The notes beneath the pieces are model-generated. The model worked only from the letters and a program-made list of their open reading frames with translations. It had not been told where the DNA came from and searched no databases. This document shows positions 1-9,399 of a DNA stretch of 64,000 bases, piece after piece; the first letter of the stretch is position 1; each line of letters opens with the position of its first letter. The DNA is from an uncultured Clostridia bacterium. GTDB lineage: Bacteria; Bacillota; Clostridia; TANB77; CAG-508. The stretch is from contig CANQPK010000003.1 of NCBI GenBank assembly GCA_947625685.1, positions 1,178 to 65,177 of the forward strand, read 5' to 3'. The position numbers were made by a program, and so were the translations under genes.

Positions 1-285
1 AAGACATTGGAAAAACAAGTAAATAACCTTGAAGAAACAATTAATATATCTAAGCAAGTAATAAAGGAACAAGAAGATATAATAAATAATGCAAAGAATG
101 AACTAATAATTTTGTGGAAAATAGAAATAAATACAACAATATTTAAACAAGAAAAAGTTGTAGAGCTTGCAGAATCTAATGAAAAAAATAAGGAAAAAAG
201 TAAGCATATAAAAAATAAAAAAAGTAGCATATTCGAAAAATTAAAAAAATTACAAGGTAAAGAAGAATATATTCTTAGAATGTAA
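1..285 (+). CDS. 3' part of a Lys/Glu/Asn-rich coiled-coil protein (open at window edge)
   Basis: Frame open from nt 1 to TAA 283-285 (track ORF 7..285). Charged heptad-like sequence, no diagnostic motif. Confidence 0.35.
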   Translation, partial: KTLEKQVNNLEETINISKQVIKEQEDIINNAKNELIILWKIEINTTIFKQEKVVELAESNEKNKEKSKHIKNKKSSIFEKLKKLQGKEEYILRM

Positions 286-291
286 AGAATT

Positions 292-332
292 AAAACACCT
301 CATATTTCATATAAATAATTGAGGTGTTTTTT
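292..332 (+). terminator. Rho-independent terminator hairpin overlapping the RBS of the next gene
   Basis: Perfect 11-bp stem AAAACACCTCA (292-302) / TGAGGTGTTTT (320-330), 17-nt loop, T-run to 332. The 3' arm carries GAGGTG 8 nt before ATG 334. Confidence 0.6.
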
Positions 333-333
333 G

Positions 334-1577
334 ATGCATAAGTTAAAAATCTTAATTGTTATAATTATAATATTGTTAAATATAACTATACCCATATATG
401 CAGATGACAAATTAGAAGAAGAAATAACTGAAAAAGAAATGCAAGAAATATTAGAAACAGCAGTAGATATTATGTGTATTCCAAATATAAACTCAAGATA
501 TGCAGTTATATATGATAGAAGTTCGCGGAAGTATCTTATATGGAAAGAATGAAAATACTAGATGTAAAATGGCATCAACAACTAAAATAATGACTGCGAT
601 AGTTGTAATGGAAAATACAGAAAATTTAAATGAAAAAGTTATAATATCCCCACTTTCCGCAGGAATAGGAGGATCTAGGCTGGGACTTCACAAGGATGAT
701 GAAATAACAGTAAACAATTTATTGTACGGACTTTTACTATGTTCTCGGTAATGATGCAGCGGTAGCACTTGCAGAACATGTGGCAGGTAGTATAGAAGAA
801 TTTGCAAATTTAATGAACAAAAAGGCAAAAGAACTAAATTTAAAAGATACACATTTTGTAACACCTCATGGATTAGATGAAGATGAACACTATACAACAG
901 CACATGAACTAGCTGTTATAGCAGATTATGCATTAAATATCGAAAAAATTGCACAAATAGTAAAAACAAAATCATATACAGTAAGTATAAATGGAACAGC
1001 TAAAAACATAACAAATACAAATGAACTTTTAGGATATTTAGACGGAGTTTATGGTGTAAAAACAGGATTCACAAATGGTGCAAATAGATGCTTAGTGACA
1101 TCAGTTAAAAGGGGAGATATGGATTTAATATGTGTAACCCTTGGAGCAGATACAAAAAACGATAGAACGAAAGATAGTATAAAATTAATAGAATATGCAT
1201 ATTTGAATTATCAGATGATAGATCTAAAATTTATGATTGAAGATGAATTTGACGATTTAGTTCAAACATCAAGATTTAATATTGTGAAAGGTACAAATAA
1301 TAATTTAATCATTAATTTAGAAAAAAATAATATAACTTTATATCCAATAAAAAAAGAAAACGCTAATGATATCAAAATTGAAACCGAAATAATAAATGAA
1401 TTAAATGCTCCTGTATATGAAAATGCAGAAATAGGGAAACTTACAGTAAAAATAGAAGACGAGGTTATATATGAATTAAATATATATACAAGCAATTATA
1501 TACCAAAAAAGAATGTGTTTGATTATTATAAATATTTTATATCTAACATGACTAAATATTATAGCTTTTTAAGATAA
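334..1577 (+). CDS. D-alanyl-D-alanine carboxypeptidase (peptidase S11, PBP5-like); continuous only with +1 shifts at in-frame CGG 526-528 and 746-748
   Basis: Track ORFs 319..552, 500..751 and 780..1577 are consecutive pieces of one S11 PBP. It has a signal peptide, SxxK (MASTTK), SxN (S-G-ND, the Gly sitting exactly at the second junction) and KTG (VKTGFT). Each junction is an in-frame CGG followed by GGA/GGT in the +1 frame. Confidence 0.85.
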
Positions 1578-1611
1578 ATATTATTTATTACATATTTTTT
1601 AAAATAAAAGT

Positions 1612-1639
1612 TTGAAAATTAAAAAAAAGTGATATAATA
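1612..1639 (+). promoter_or_regulatory. Putative sigma-A promoter of mgtA (extended -10)
   Basis: TTGAAA 1612-1617, TG at 1630-1631, TATAAT 1633-1638. About 30 nt upstream of the AGGAG RBS and ATG 1670. Confidence 0.4.
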
Positions 1640-1669
1640 GTAGCAAATAAATGAAAAAAGGAGAAACCA

Positions 1670-4279
1670 ATGCAAGAAAATCAAAAGAATGAAAATAGCA
1701 ATGTAGAAAGATATTCAAAAATCTCTATAATGAGTGCAGAAGAATACATTAAGCAAAATAATATTTCTACTGAAGGATTAACAGATATAGAAGCTAATCG
1801 AAGAATACAAAGAAATGGATATAATGAGATAAAACAGGGTAAAACAAAGAAATGGTATAATTATTTTTTTCAAAGTTTATTTACACCATTTAATAGTATT
1901 TTATTAGGAATAGCAGTTGTACTATATTATACAGATGTAATACTTGCAACAGTACCAAATTATGCAAATATTATAGTGATAGTAGTATTAGTACTAATAA
2001 GTAGTTTGCTAGAATTTTTTCAAGAATACAAATCAAATAAAGCAGCAGAAAAATTAAAAGAGCTAGTTGCAACCACGACAACAGTTTTAAGAAACGGAGA
2101 AAAGAAGAAAATACTTCTAAAAGATGTCGTACAAGGAGATATAGTAATTCTTTCTGCTGGAGATATGATACCTGCAGATTTAAAAATTTTAGAAGTAAAA
2201 GACCTATATGTCAGGCAGTCATCATTAACAGGGGAATCAGATGCAATAAGAAAAGTATCTGAATCAGAATTAAGTTTAGAAGAAATAGAAAACATTTCAG
2301 ATTTAGATACAATATGCTTTATGGGTACAAATGTAATTAGTGGAAGTGCAAAAGCAGTTGTAATATATACAGGAGAAAATACATATTTTGCAGGAGTCGC
2401 AAATATGGTAACATCAGAAAAGCCAAAAACATCATTTCAAAAAGGAGTAGAAAATATAAGTACTCTTTTAATAAGATTTATGCTAATAATGATACCTATA
2501 GTTTTTCTATTAAATGTGTGGAAACATGATTTACTTACATCATTTACATTTGCAGTAGCAGTGGCAATAGGTATAACACCTCTTTTACTTCCAGTTATTT
2601 TATCATCTAGCTTATCAAGAGGTGCGATAAATATGTCACACAAAAAAACCATAGTAAAAAAGTTGGATTCAATCCAAAGCTTTGGTGCAATGAATATTTT
2701 ATGCACAGACAAAACAGGTACACTTACAGAAGATAAAATTGTATTGGAAAGATATCTAGATGTAAAAGGGAATGAAGATATTCGAGTATTAAAACATGCT
2801 TTTTTAAATTCATATTTTCAAACAGGATTAAAAGGAAGTATAGATGAGGCAATAATTGCAAGAGCATACAAAAACGGATTGGAAAATATCATAAATGATT
2901 ACAAAAAAATTGATGAAATTCCATTTGACTTTACAAGAAGAAGATTATCTATTGCAGTAGAAGGAAAAGATGAGAAATTACTTATAACAAAAGGAGCAGT
3001 AGAAGAAATACTAAATATTTGTACAAGCATTGACTACAAACACGAAGTATCAAATATGACAAGAGAAATAAAAGAAAATATAATTAAAATAGGAAAAAGC
3101 TTAAATAAAGAAGGATTAAGAGTTATAGCAGTAGCACAAAGGAGTAATATAGGAGATGTACAAGATTTTTCAGTTTCAGATGAAAAAAATATGACATTAA
3201 TTGGGCTAATAGGATTTCTTGATCCGCCAAAGGAAAGTGCAAAGGACTCAATACTTAAACTTAATAAATCAAAAATAAGAGTAATTGTTTTGACAGGGGA
3301 CAATGTAGATGTTACAAAATGCATTTGTGATAGAGTAGGAATAAATTCAAAAAGAATAGTAACAGGTGCAGAAATAGATAAACTATCAGATATAGGAGTA
3401 AGAAGGATTTTAAGAGATACAAATGTATTTGCAAAACTTTCACCTATACAAAAAGCGAGAATAGTAAGACTTCTAAAAGAAGCGGGAAACACGGTAGGAT
3501 ACATGGGAGATGGAATAAATGATAGTCCATCACTTACAAACTCAGATGTAGGTATATCAGTAGATACCGCTGTTGATATAGCGAAGGAATCAGCAGATAT
3601 AATATTACTTGAAAAAGACTTGAACGTCTTATTAGATGGAGTTACAGAAGGAAGAAAAACATTTTGTAATTTAATGAAATATATAAAAATGGCAGCAAGC
3701 TTTAATTTTGGAGAAGTTTCATCAGTAATAATAGCAAGTATATTACTTCCATTTTTACCTATTACACCAATTCAACTTCTAGTACAAAGTCTACTTTATG
3801 ACCTAGGACAACTTACATTACCATTTGATAATGTAGATAGTAGTTATTTGGAGAAACCAAGAAAATGGAATATAAAAGGGCTAAAAAACTTTATGCTATT
3901 TATGGGACCTCTTAGTTCGTGTTTTGATTTGATAGTATTTGCTTTACTATGGTTTGTATATGGAGTAAGAGATGCATGGGTATTCCAAAGTATATGGTTC
4001 TCTTATGGTGTAATATCAAACCTTGTAGGAATGCATATAATAAGAACGGAAAAGAAACCATTTATAGAAAGCAATGCATCAAAAATGGTATATTTTTCAT
4101 CTATACTTTTAAGCATAGTTGCACTTATAGTACCATCTACATTCATTGGTGAATTTATAGGACTTCATGAAGTACCAGTACAATTTTTATCTGTTATACT
4201 TGGAGTACCAATACTATATTGCTTTGTTGCAATATTTGCTAAAAAAATATACATTAAAAAATATAATGAATGGATTTAG
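1670..4279 (+). CDS. mgtA: Mg2+-importing P-type ATPase (MgtA/MgtB type)
   Basis: 869 aa. TGES (SLTGESDA), phosphorylation motif ICTDKTGTLTEDK, hinge MGDGINDSPSL, multiple TM segments at both ends; layout typical of MgtA. Confidence 0.9.
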   Translation: MQENQKNENSNVERYSKISIMSAEEYIKQNNISTEGLTDIEANRRIQRNGYNEIKQGKTKKWYNYFFQSLFTPFNSILLGIAVVLYYTDVILATVPNYANIIVIVVLVLISSLLEFFQEYKSNKAAEKLKELVATTTTVLRNGEKKKILLKDVVQGDIVILSAGDMIPADLKILEVKDLYVRQSSLTGESDAIRKVSESELSLEEIENISDLDTICFMGTNVISGSAKAVVIYTGENTYFAGVANMVTSEKPKTSFQKGVENISTLLIRFMLIMIPIVFLLNVWKHDLLTSFTFAVAVAIGITPLLLPVILSSSLSRGAINMSHKKTIVKKLDSIQSFGAMNILCTDKTGTLTEDKIVLERYLDVKGNEDIRVLKHAFLNSYFQTGLKGSIDEAIIARAYKNGLENIINDYKKIDEIPFDFTRRRLSIAVEGKDEKLLITKGAVEEILNICTSIDYKHEVSNMTREIKENIIKIGKSLNKEGLRVIAVAQRSNIGDVQDFSVSDEKNMTLIGLIGFLDPPKESAKDSILKLNKSKIRVIVLTGDNVDVTKCICDRVGINSKRIVTGAEIDKLSDIGVRRILRDTNVFAKLSPIQKARIVRLLKEAGNTVGYMGDGINDSPSLTNSDVGISVDTAVDIAKESADIILLEKDLNVLLDGVTEGRKTFCNLMKYIKMAASFNFGEVSSVIIASILLPFLPITPIQLLVQSLLYDLGQLTLPFDNVDSSYLEKPRKWNIKGLKNFMLFMGPLSSCFDLIVFALLWFVYGVRDAWVFQSIWFSYGVISNLVGMHIIRTEKKPFIESNASKMVYFSSILLSIVALIVPSTFIGEFIGLHEVPVQFLSVILGVPILYCFVAIFAKKIYIKKYNEWI

Positions 4280-4403
4280 CATATATAATTTTGATAAGCA
4301 AGTTATTTGTAAAAAACATTCACAAAATTATAATAGAGTGAATATATATAAAAGTAACTGTTTAGTTAATAAATAAGAATTGTTGTTAAACAAGAGATTT
4401 TTC

Positions 4404-4432
4404 TTGACAAGTAAGGATATTTTTGGTATCAT
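4404..4432 (+). promoter_or_regulatory. Putative promoter of the tRNA-Gly/tRNA-Cys pair
   Basis: TTGACA 4404-4409, 17-nt spacer, TATCAT 4427-4432. tRNA starts at 4454. Confidence 0.45.
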
Positions 4433-4453
4433 TAAAAAGCACCAAAAATATAT

Positions 4454-4527
4454 GCAGGTATAGTTTAGTGGTAAAACATAACCTTGCCAAGGTTAAGTTA
4501 CGGGTTCGATTCCCGTTACCTGCTCCA
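4454..4527 (+). tRNA. tRNA-Gly (anticodon GCC)
   Basis: 74-nt cloverleaf. Acceptor GCAGGTA/TACCTGC, D-arm GTTT-AGTGGTA-AAAC, anticodon stem TAACC/GGTTA with normal 7-nt loop TTGCCAA, T-loop GGTTCGATTCC, encoded CCA. Confidence 0.93.
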
Positions 4528-4563
4528 CTTAAATACTATATAATTGTAGTTTTTTGAGTATTT

Positions 4564-4637
4564 GGCGAGTTAGCCAAGTGGTAAGGCACGAGTCTGCAAA
4601 ACTCTGATCATCGGTTCGACTCCGATACTCGCCTCCA
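4564..4637 (+). tRNA. tRNA-Cys (anticodon GCA)
   Basis: 74-nt cloverleaf. Acceptor GGCGAGT/ACTCGCC, anticodon loop CTGCAAA, T-loop GGTTCGACTCC, encoded CCA. Confidence 0.92.
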
Positions 4638-4650
4638 AGTTAAAACCAAT

Positions 4651-4684
4651 TTCCACAGATTTTTAAGAATTCTGTGGAATTTTC
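4651..4684 (+). terminator. Terminator-like hairpin after tRNA-Cys (copy 1 of a duplicated hairpin)
   Basis: TTCCACAGA...TCTGTGGAA inverted repeat followed by TTTT. Near-identical copy at 6704-6737. Confidence 0.6.
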
Positions 4685-4998
4685 ATAACTGTCTAAAGCT
4701 TTTTATATCAAGCATTTCAGTTTTTTTATGATTTCTTTCAATTTTTCTCAATTTTCCAAAACTACATTAACACTACATTAGCTTTCCATAAAAACTACAT
4801 TAACATTTCTTACAAATATTAACAAATAAGCACTTTTGGAATAATGGTTTTTATATAAAAAATTACTCCTCCTGTTCGAATGCTTGGTTTTGGTTTTAAT
4901 ATTTTTTATGGAATATGTAATATAATTTATTTATATAAATATATTGACATCAACAAACATTTGTTTTATAATATGAACAAAGTTTACACAAGAAAGGA

Positions 4999-5983
4999 AT
5001 GAAGTTATTTATGAATAATCTCACTAATATTGAGCCAGTAAATAATGACTTAAATTTAGAAAAATATGAAATAGTTGATATTAAGAATTTAATTTATTAC
5101 ATTAGAGGAAAACAAGTTATGCTAGATAGTGATGTAGCAATGTTATATCATTATCAAACTAAAAGAATAAATGAAACAGTTACTAGAAATAAGGAAAGAT
5201 TTCCAGAAAATTTTTGCTTTCAATTAACGAACGAAGAATGTATCATATTGAAGTCGCAAATTGCGACTTCATTGGGAACTGAAGATATGCGGTCGCAATT
5301 TGCGACCGCATGAGAAAAAAGAGAATAGCAAGAGAAATAAAAGTAAACTTCCTTATGCGTTTACAGAACAAGGTATAGCCATGCTTTCTGGTCTATTAAG
5401 AAATGAAATTGCAGTTCAAGTGAGTATAAACATAATGGATGCATTTGCCCAAATGAGAAAATTTATTTCGATAAATGGACAAGTTTTTGAAAGATTAACA
5501 AATGTTGAATATAAATTATTAGAACATGATAATAAATTCAATCAAGTATTTAATGAATTACAAAAGAATAAAGAACAAGAATTTAAACAAAAAATATTTT
5601 TTAAGGGACAAATATGGGATAGCTATGAACTAATAATTGATATTATAAAAACAGCACATAGTAAAATAGTAATAATAGATAATTATATAGACGATACTAT
5701 TCTTAAAATGCTACAAAAGAAAAATAAAAATGTTCAAGTAATTATTTTAACTTCACAAAATTGTAATATAACAAAGCTAGATATTAAGAAATTTAATGAG
5801 CAATATGGGACACTAAAAATAGCACGAACAGATAAATTCCATGATAGATTTATTATTATAGATAACAAAGAGCTTTATCATTGTGGAGCATCACTCAAAG
5901 ACTTGGGAAAAAAATGTTTTGGAATTAATAAGATAGAAGGAATAGACTTTATAGAAAATATAAATAAAATCATTAATTTTTAA
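4999..5983 (+). CDS. ORF6N-type DNA-binding protein with C-terminal PLD-like domain; needs +1 at in-frame CGG 5290-5292
   Basis: N-terminal region MLDSDVAMLY..RINETVTRNKERFPENFCFQLT..LKSQIATS and LPYAFTEQGIAML resemble ORF6N/KilA-N-like proteins. The C-terminus has an H-x-R-x4-D..GAS signature (FHDRFIIID..HCGASLKD). Track ORFs 4999..5313 and 5261..5983 join at ATG CGG TCG -> M-G-RNL. Confidence 0.6.
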
Positions 5984-6064
5984 CACCCCTTTATATTTAA
6001 GTATTTTAATTTTTTCTGTGTTATAGTATAATTATTGTATCAAATAAAGTGAAGTGGTGAAAAA

Positions 6065-6697
6065 ATGAAAAATAATTATATAATAATTGGCGATAGTATT
6101 ACATATGGGATTGGCGATCTTGAAAGTGGTGGATGGTCTGCCATGTTTAAAAAGTTTATCGTTAATAAAGATGATTCAAAAATATGCAATAATTTTGTGC
6201 ACGTTGCAGGTTTTCCTGGAGCTACAAGCAAAGATATATTAAATAAGATTGATAATATTTTAAATAGCTTTATTTACGATGGGTTTAATAATATAGTTAT
6301 TCTCTCAATTGGGGTAAATGACACACAATTATTTAATGGAAATTACAAGATAAGCATAGATAATTATAAATCAAATATTAAAAAGATAACTAAAAAGATT
6401 ATGCGCAAAGGAATAGGGCTTATAATTTTAGGATTAACAAGAATTGAGAATGATGAAAATTTTTTATGGAAACCAAATAAGCACTATAATAATAGTATTA
6501 TTTCTGAATATGATAAAGATTTAAAATTGATTATGGAATATGATAGTGAATTAAGAAGATTATGTGAAGAGAATAAAATTAAATATATTCCAATGCAAGA
6601 TGTTTTACGAAAAGAAGATTTTATTGATGGATTACATCCAAATCAAATGGGACATAAAAAAATATTTGAAAGAATTAAAGATTTTACAAATGAATAA
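6065..6697 (+). CDS. SGNH/GDSL-family hydrolase
   Basis: Block I IIGDSITYG, block III GVNDT, block V DGLHPN. Confidence 0.75.
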   Translation: MKNNYIIIGDSITYGIGDLESGGWSAMFKKFIVNKDDSKICNNFVHVAGFPGATSKDILNKIDNILNSFIYDGFNNIVILSIGVNDTQLFNGNYKISIDNYKSNIKKITKKIMRKGIGLIILGLTRIENDENFLWKPNKHYNNSIISEYDKDLKLIMEYDSELRRLCEENKIKYIPMQDVLRKEDFIDGLHPNQMGHKKIFERIKDFTNE

Positions 6698-6703
6698 TGA
6701 AAA

Positions 6704-6737
6704 TCCACAGATTTTTAGAATTCTGTGGAATTTTTTT
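6704..6737 (+). terminator. Terminator-like hairpin (copy 2 of duplicated hairpin)
   Basis: TCCACAGATTTTTAGAATTCTGTGGAATTTTTTT. Differs from 4652-4683 by one loop nucleotide. Confidence 0.6.
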
Positions 6738-6790
6738 CTGCGCTATAGTATAATAATTTTATCAAATAGTAAGTTGTAGAGGAGAAAAAT

Positions 6791-7459
6791 ATGATAGAAT
6801 CAAAAGGTTGGAATTGGAAAATTGTTAAGGATGAAAAAGAAAAAATTTGGAAAAATCCAAGTATAGAATCATATTATTTATTAAATAGGTGGAAATCACA
6901 AAATAAAAAATATTTTCTTGATTTAGGATGTGGATTAGGTAGACATTCAATTTTATTTGGAAAAAATGAATTTAATGTTAGTTGTTTTGATATCAGTCAA
7001 GAAGCTATAGACAGAACTAAAGAATGGGCTGAAAAAGAAAATTTGGAGTTTGATTATAAAATTGGAGATATGCTTAAATTACCTTATAATGATGAACAAT
7101 TTGATTGTATTTATTGTAAGAATGTTATTTCCCATACTGATACAGAAGGAATAAAGCAGATAATAAAGGAATTAGATAGAGTAATGAAATATGATGGCGA
7201 ATGTTATTTGACATTATGTTCAAAAGATACATGGGGATTTAAACAAGAGAATTGGCCTTTAATTGATGAAAATACAAGATTAAAAATGGAAGAAGGACCA
7301 GAATATAAAGTACCACATTTTTATGTTGATTATGATTTAGCAAAACAGTTATTTAGTAATTTTAAAATAATTAATATACATCAAGAGATTGATTATTATG
7401 AAAAACAAAATAGTACAACAGAATCATATCATTATCATATTTTAATTCAAAAACATTAA
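6791..7459 (+). CDS. Class I SAM-dependent methyltransferase
   Basis: Motif I LDLGCGLGRHS, acidic loop CFDIS, motif IV-like DCIYCKNVISH. GGAG RBS before ATG. Confidence 0.7.
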   Translation: MIESKGWNWKIVKDEKEKIWKNPSIESYYLLNRWKSQNKKYFLDLGCGLGRHSILFGKNEFNVSCFDISQEAIDRTKEWAEKENLEFDYKIGDMLKLPYNDEQFDCIYCKNVISHTDTEGIKQIIKELDRVMKYDGECYLTLCSKDTWGFKQENWPLIDENTRLKMEEGPEYKVPHFYVDYDLAKQLFSNFKIINIHQEIDYYEKQNSTTESYHYHILIQKH

Positions 7460-7535
7460 AGAATAGAATAGTGACAACTTACAATATTATAGTCTAATTA
7501 TTTTATCAAATGCTAATTTGTATGGGAGGTAATTT

Positions 7536-7730
7536 ATGGATTTTAAAGGAAAACAATTAAAAGCCAAAATATTCTTAATCTTAAGTATAGTATTTGCAGT
7601 TTTAACTTTGGTTGGTGGATATTTAGTAATTATTCATAAATTAGATAATGCTGGATATGCAGTTATACCAATGTTATTTGCATTAACATTTAGCGTACTT
7701 TATAGAAATAGCCAAAAAGATAAAGAATAA
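7536..7730 (+). CDS. Small two-TM membrane protein
   Basis: 64 aa with two hydrophobic segments. GGGAGG RBS 7 nt upstream of ATG. Confidence 0.45.
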   Translation: MDFKGKQLKAKIFLILSIVFAVLTLVGGYLVIIHKLDNAGYAVIPMLFALTFSVLYRNSQKDKE

Positions 7731-7880
7731 TGCAAATTACAAAATTTCAATTTATCCAAAAGTGCCATTAAATAGTAACTCTCAATTTGTGTACAGTTGA
7801 AATAAATAGCAATTCGCTATTTGTGGGGTGTTAATTTTTTGATTTTCTTGCTATTCTTAACATGAAAGGAGTAAAAAATT

Positions 7881-9038
7881 ATGGATACTATTAAAATTGG
7901 AAAATTTATAGCAGAAAAAAGAAAGGAAAAGAAATTAACACAAGAGAGCTTGGCAGAAAAGCTAGGGGTAACATCAAAAACAATTTCAAGATGGGAAAAT
8001 GGAAATTATATGCCAGATATTTCTTTACTAAAACCATTAAGTGAGGAATTGGGTGTTACATTAAATGATTTAATTAGTGGAGAAAAAGTAGATAAAGAAC
8101 ATTATCAAGAAAAACTAGAAGAAAATATTATTAACACAATAGATTATACGAGTAAAAAAGTACATGAAAAAAATAAAGTAATGGCACAAATGTTGATGCT
8201 TTTTGGACTTGGACCTATCTTTGTATCATTTACTATATTTCCATCAGAAAGTAGTTGGGGTTCAATTTATTCTGTAGTTGGTACAGTTATATCTTTAATT
8301 GGTTTTTCTAAATTAAATAAACAAAAATCATATATAAAAAGATTATTGCTTAATTTAGCATATTTTATAGTAATTATGACTATTTTAATAGGAATCGATT
8401 ATGCAAATGTAAGGATAAATAATGTGGCACCAAGGTTTTCCTATTTAATAAAAACAACTGAGGATATGATCATTTATAAAGCACCACTTTGTAATGTTTA
8501 TAGAATAAATCGAAATACAAAAAATGAATATTATATAGTTGATACGAAAAAAGTATATACAGAAGAAATTGTGCCTGTAACTCCATTTAACAGAAAGAAA
8601 GCAGGAATTGACAATATAATAAAATTTAAAAACCAATATATTGGTGATAATAGTAATGATAGTCATTTAATAGATAGTTTGCCTCTTTCAGAGTACGGAT
8701 ATGTGTTTGAAATAGATTCAGAAAATTTAGGATTAACTATTAATTATCATATTACAGATTGGTATATAAATGAAAATCAATATTTAGAAAAATGTTTATT
8801 ATATAATACTATATCTATATTTTCTTTAATTGATAATGTTCAAAGTATTTCTTTTAATTTTAGTGGTAATTCATATAAAATAACTAGAGAACAAGCCCAA
8901 GAGTTATATCCTAACTATAATGATATAAAAAATAATGAAATAAATAAAGACAATTTTAACAAGTATTTAGAAAATAAAATGAATGATAATGAATTTGTAA
9001 AGACAGTTTTTAATAAAATATTTGTTAATGAAAAATGA
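7881..9038 (+). CDS. XRE-family HTH regulator fused to membrane segments and a DUF4825-like C-terminal domain
   Basis: Cro/C1 HTH (LTQESLAEKLGVTSKTISRWENGNYMPDISLL), 3-4 TM helices, C-terminal YIGDNSN..LPLSEYG region reminiscent of DUF4825. Confidence 0.7.
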   Translation: MDTIKIGKFIAEKRKEKKLTQESLAEKLGVTSKTISRWENGNYMPDISLLKPLSEELGVTLNDLISGEKVDKEHYQEKLEENIINTIDYTSKKVHEKNKVMAQMLMLFGLGPIFVSFTIFPSESSWGSIYSVVGTVISLIGFSKLNKQKSYIKRLLLNLAYFIVIMTILIGIDYANVRINNVAPRFSYLIKTTEDMIIYKAPLCNVYRINRNTKNEYYIVDTKKVYTEEIVPVTPFNRKKAGIDNIIKFKNQYIGDNSNDSHLIDSLPLSEYGYVFEIDSENLGLTINYHITDWYINENQYLEKCLLYNTISIFSLIDNVQSISFNFSGNSYKITREQAQELYPNYNDIKNNEINKDNFNKYLENKMNDNEFVKTVFNKIFVNEK

Positions 9039-9371
9039 TAAAAATTACTTTCTAAAACTACGTTAATTTTTATATATTTTTATAATTTTGCATAAATCTA
9101 TATAAATTTTCCATAGTTATATTAACAAATTCACAAATATTAATATTACTTTATTTCACCAAAATAATTTGTATTGCATATAAAATATACCTGAAAAGCT
9201 TAGGAAATACAAATTCCAGAAAAATATTTACATAATTTGTTGATTTTGTAACCAAAATGTTATATAATTATAAAGAAAATGTAATAAATATATAGCAATT
9301 TCGTATAACGAATTCCCGTAAAACGATTTCAAATGTTTTTTATTTATTTCAAAAAGAGGAAAAAATTGCTA

Positions 9372-9399
9372 TTGACTTTATTTTTAAAAAATGTAAAAT
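9372..9399 (+). promoter_or_regulatory. Promoter cassette upstream of the adhesin gene (shared with 14450-14477)
   Basis: TTGACT 9372-9377, TG + TAAAAT 9392-9399. Roughly 40-nt near-identity with the region upstream of ORF 14603. Confidence 0.5.

Noticed and set aside
1578-1669. M-box/Mg2+ riboswitch upstream of mgtA
   Set aside because: The leader is only about 30 nt from the predicted -10 to the RBS and is almost pure A/T. There is no room or sequence for an M-box fold.
4454-4527. tRNA-Gly as the quadruplet (CGGN) decoder
   Set aside because: Its anticodon loop is a canonical 7 nt (TTGCCAA, anticodon GCC) with a regular 5-bp stem. Nothing in this window can be proposed as a frameshift-suppressor tRNA.
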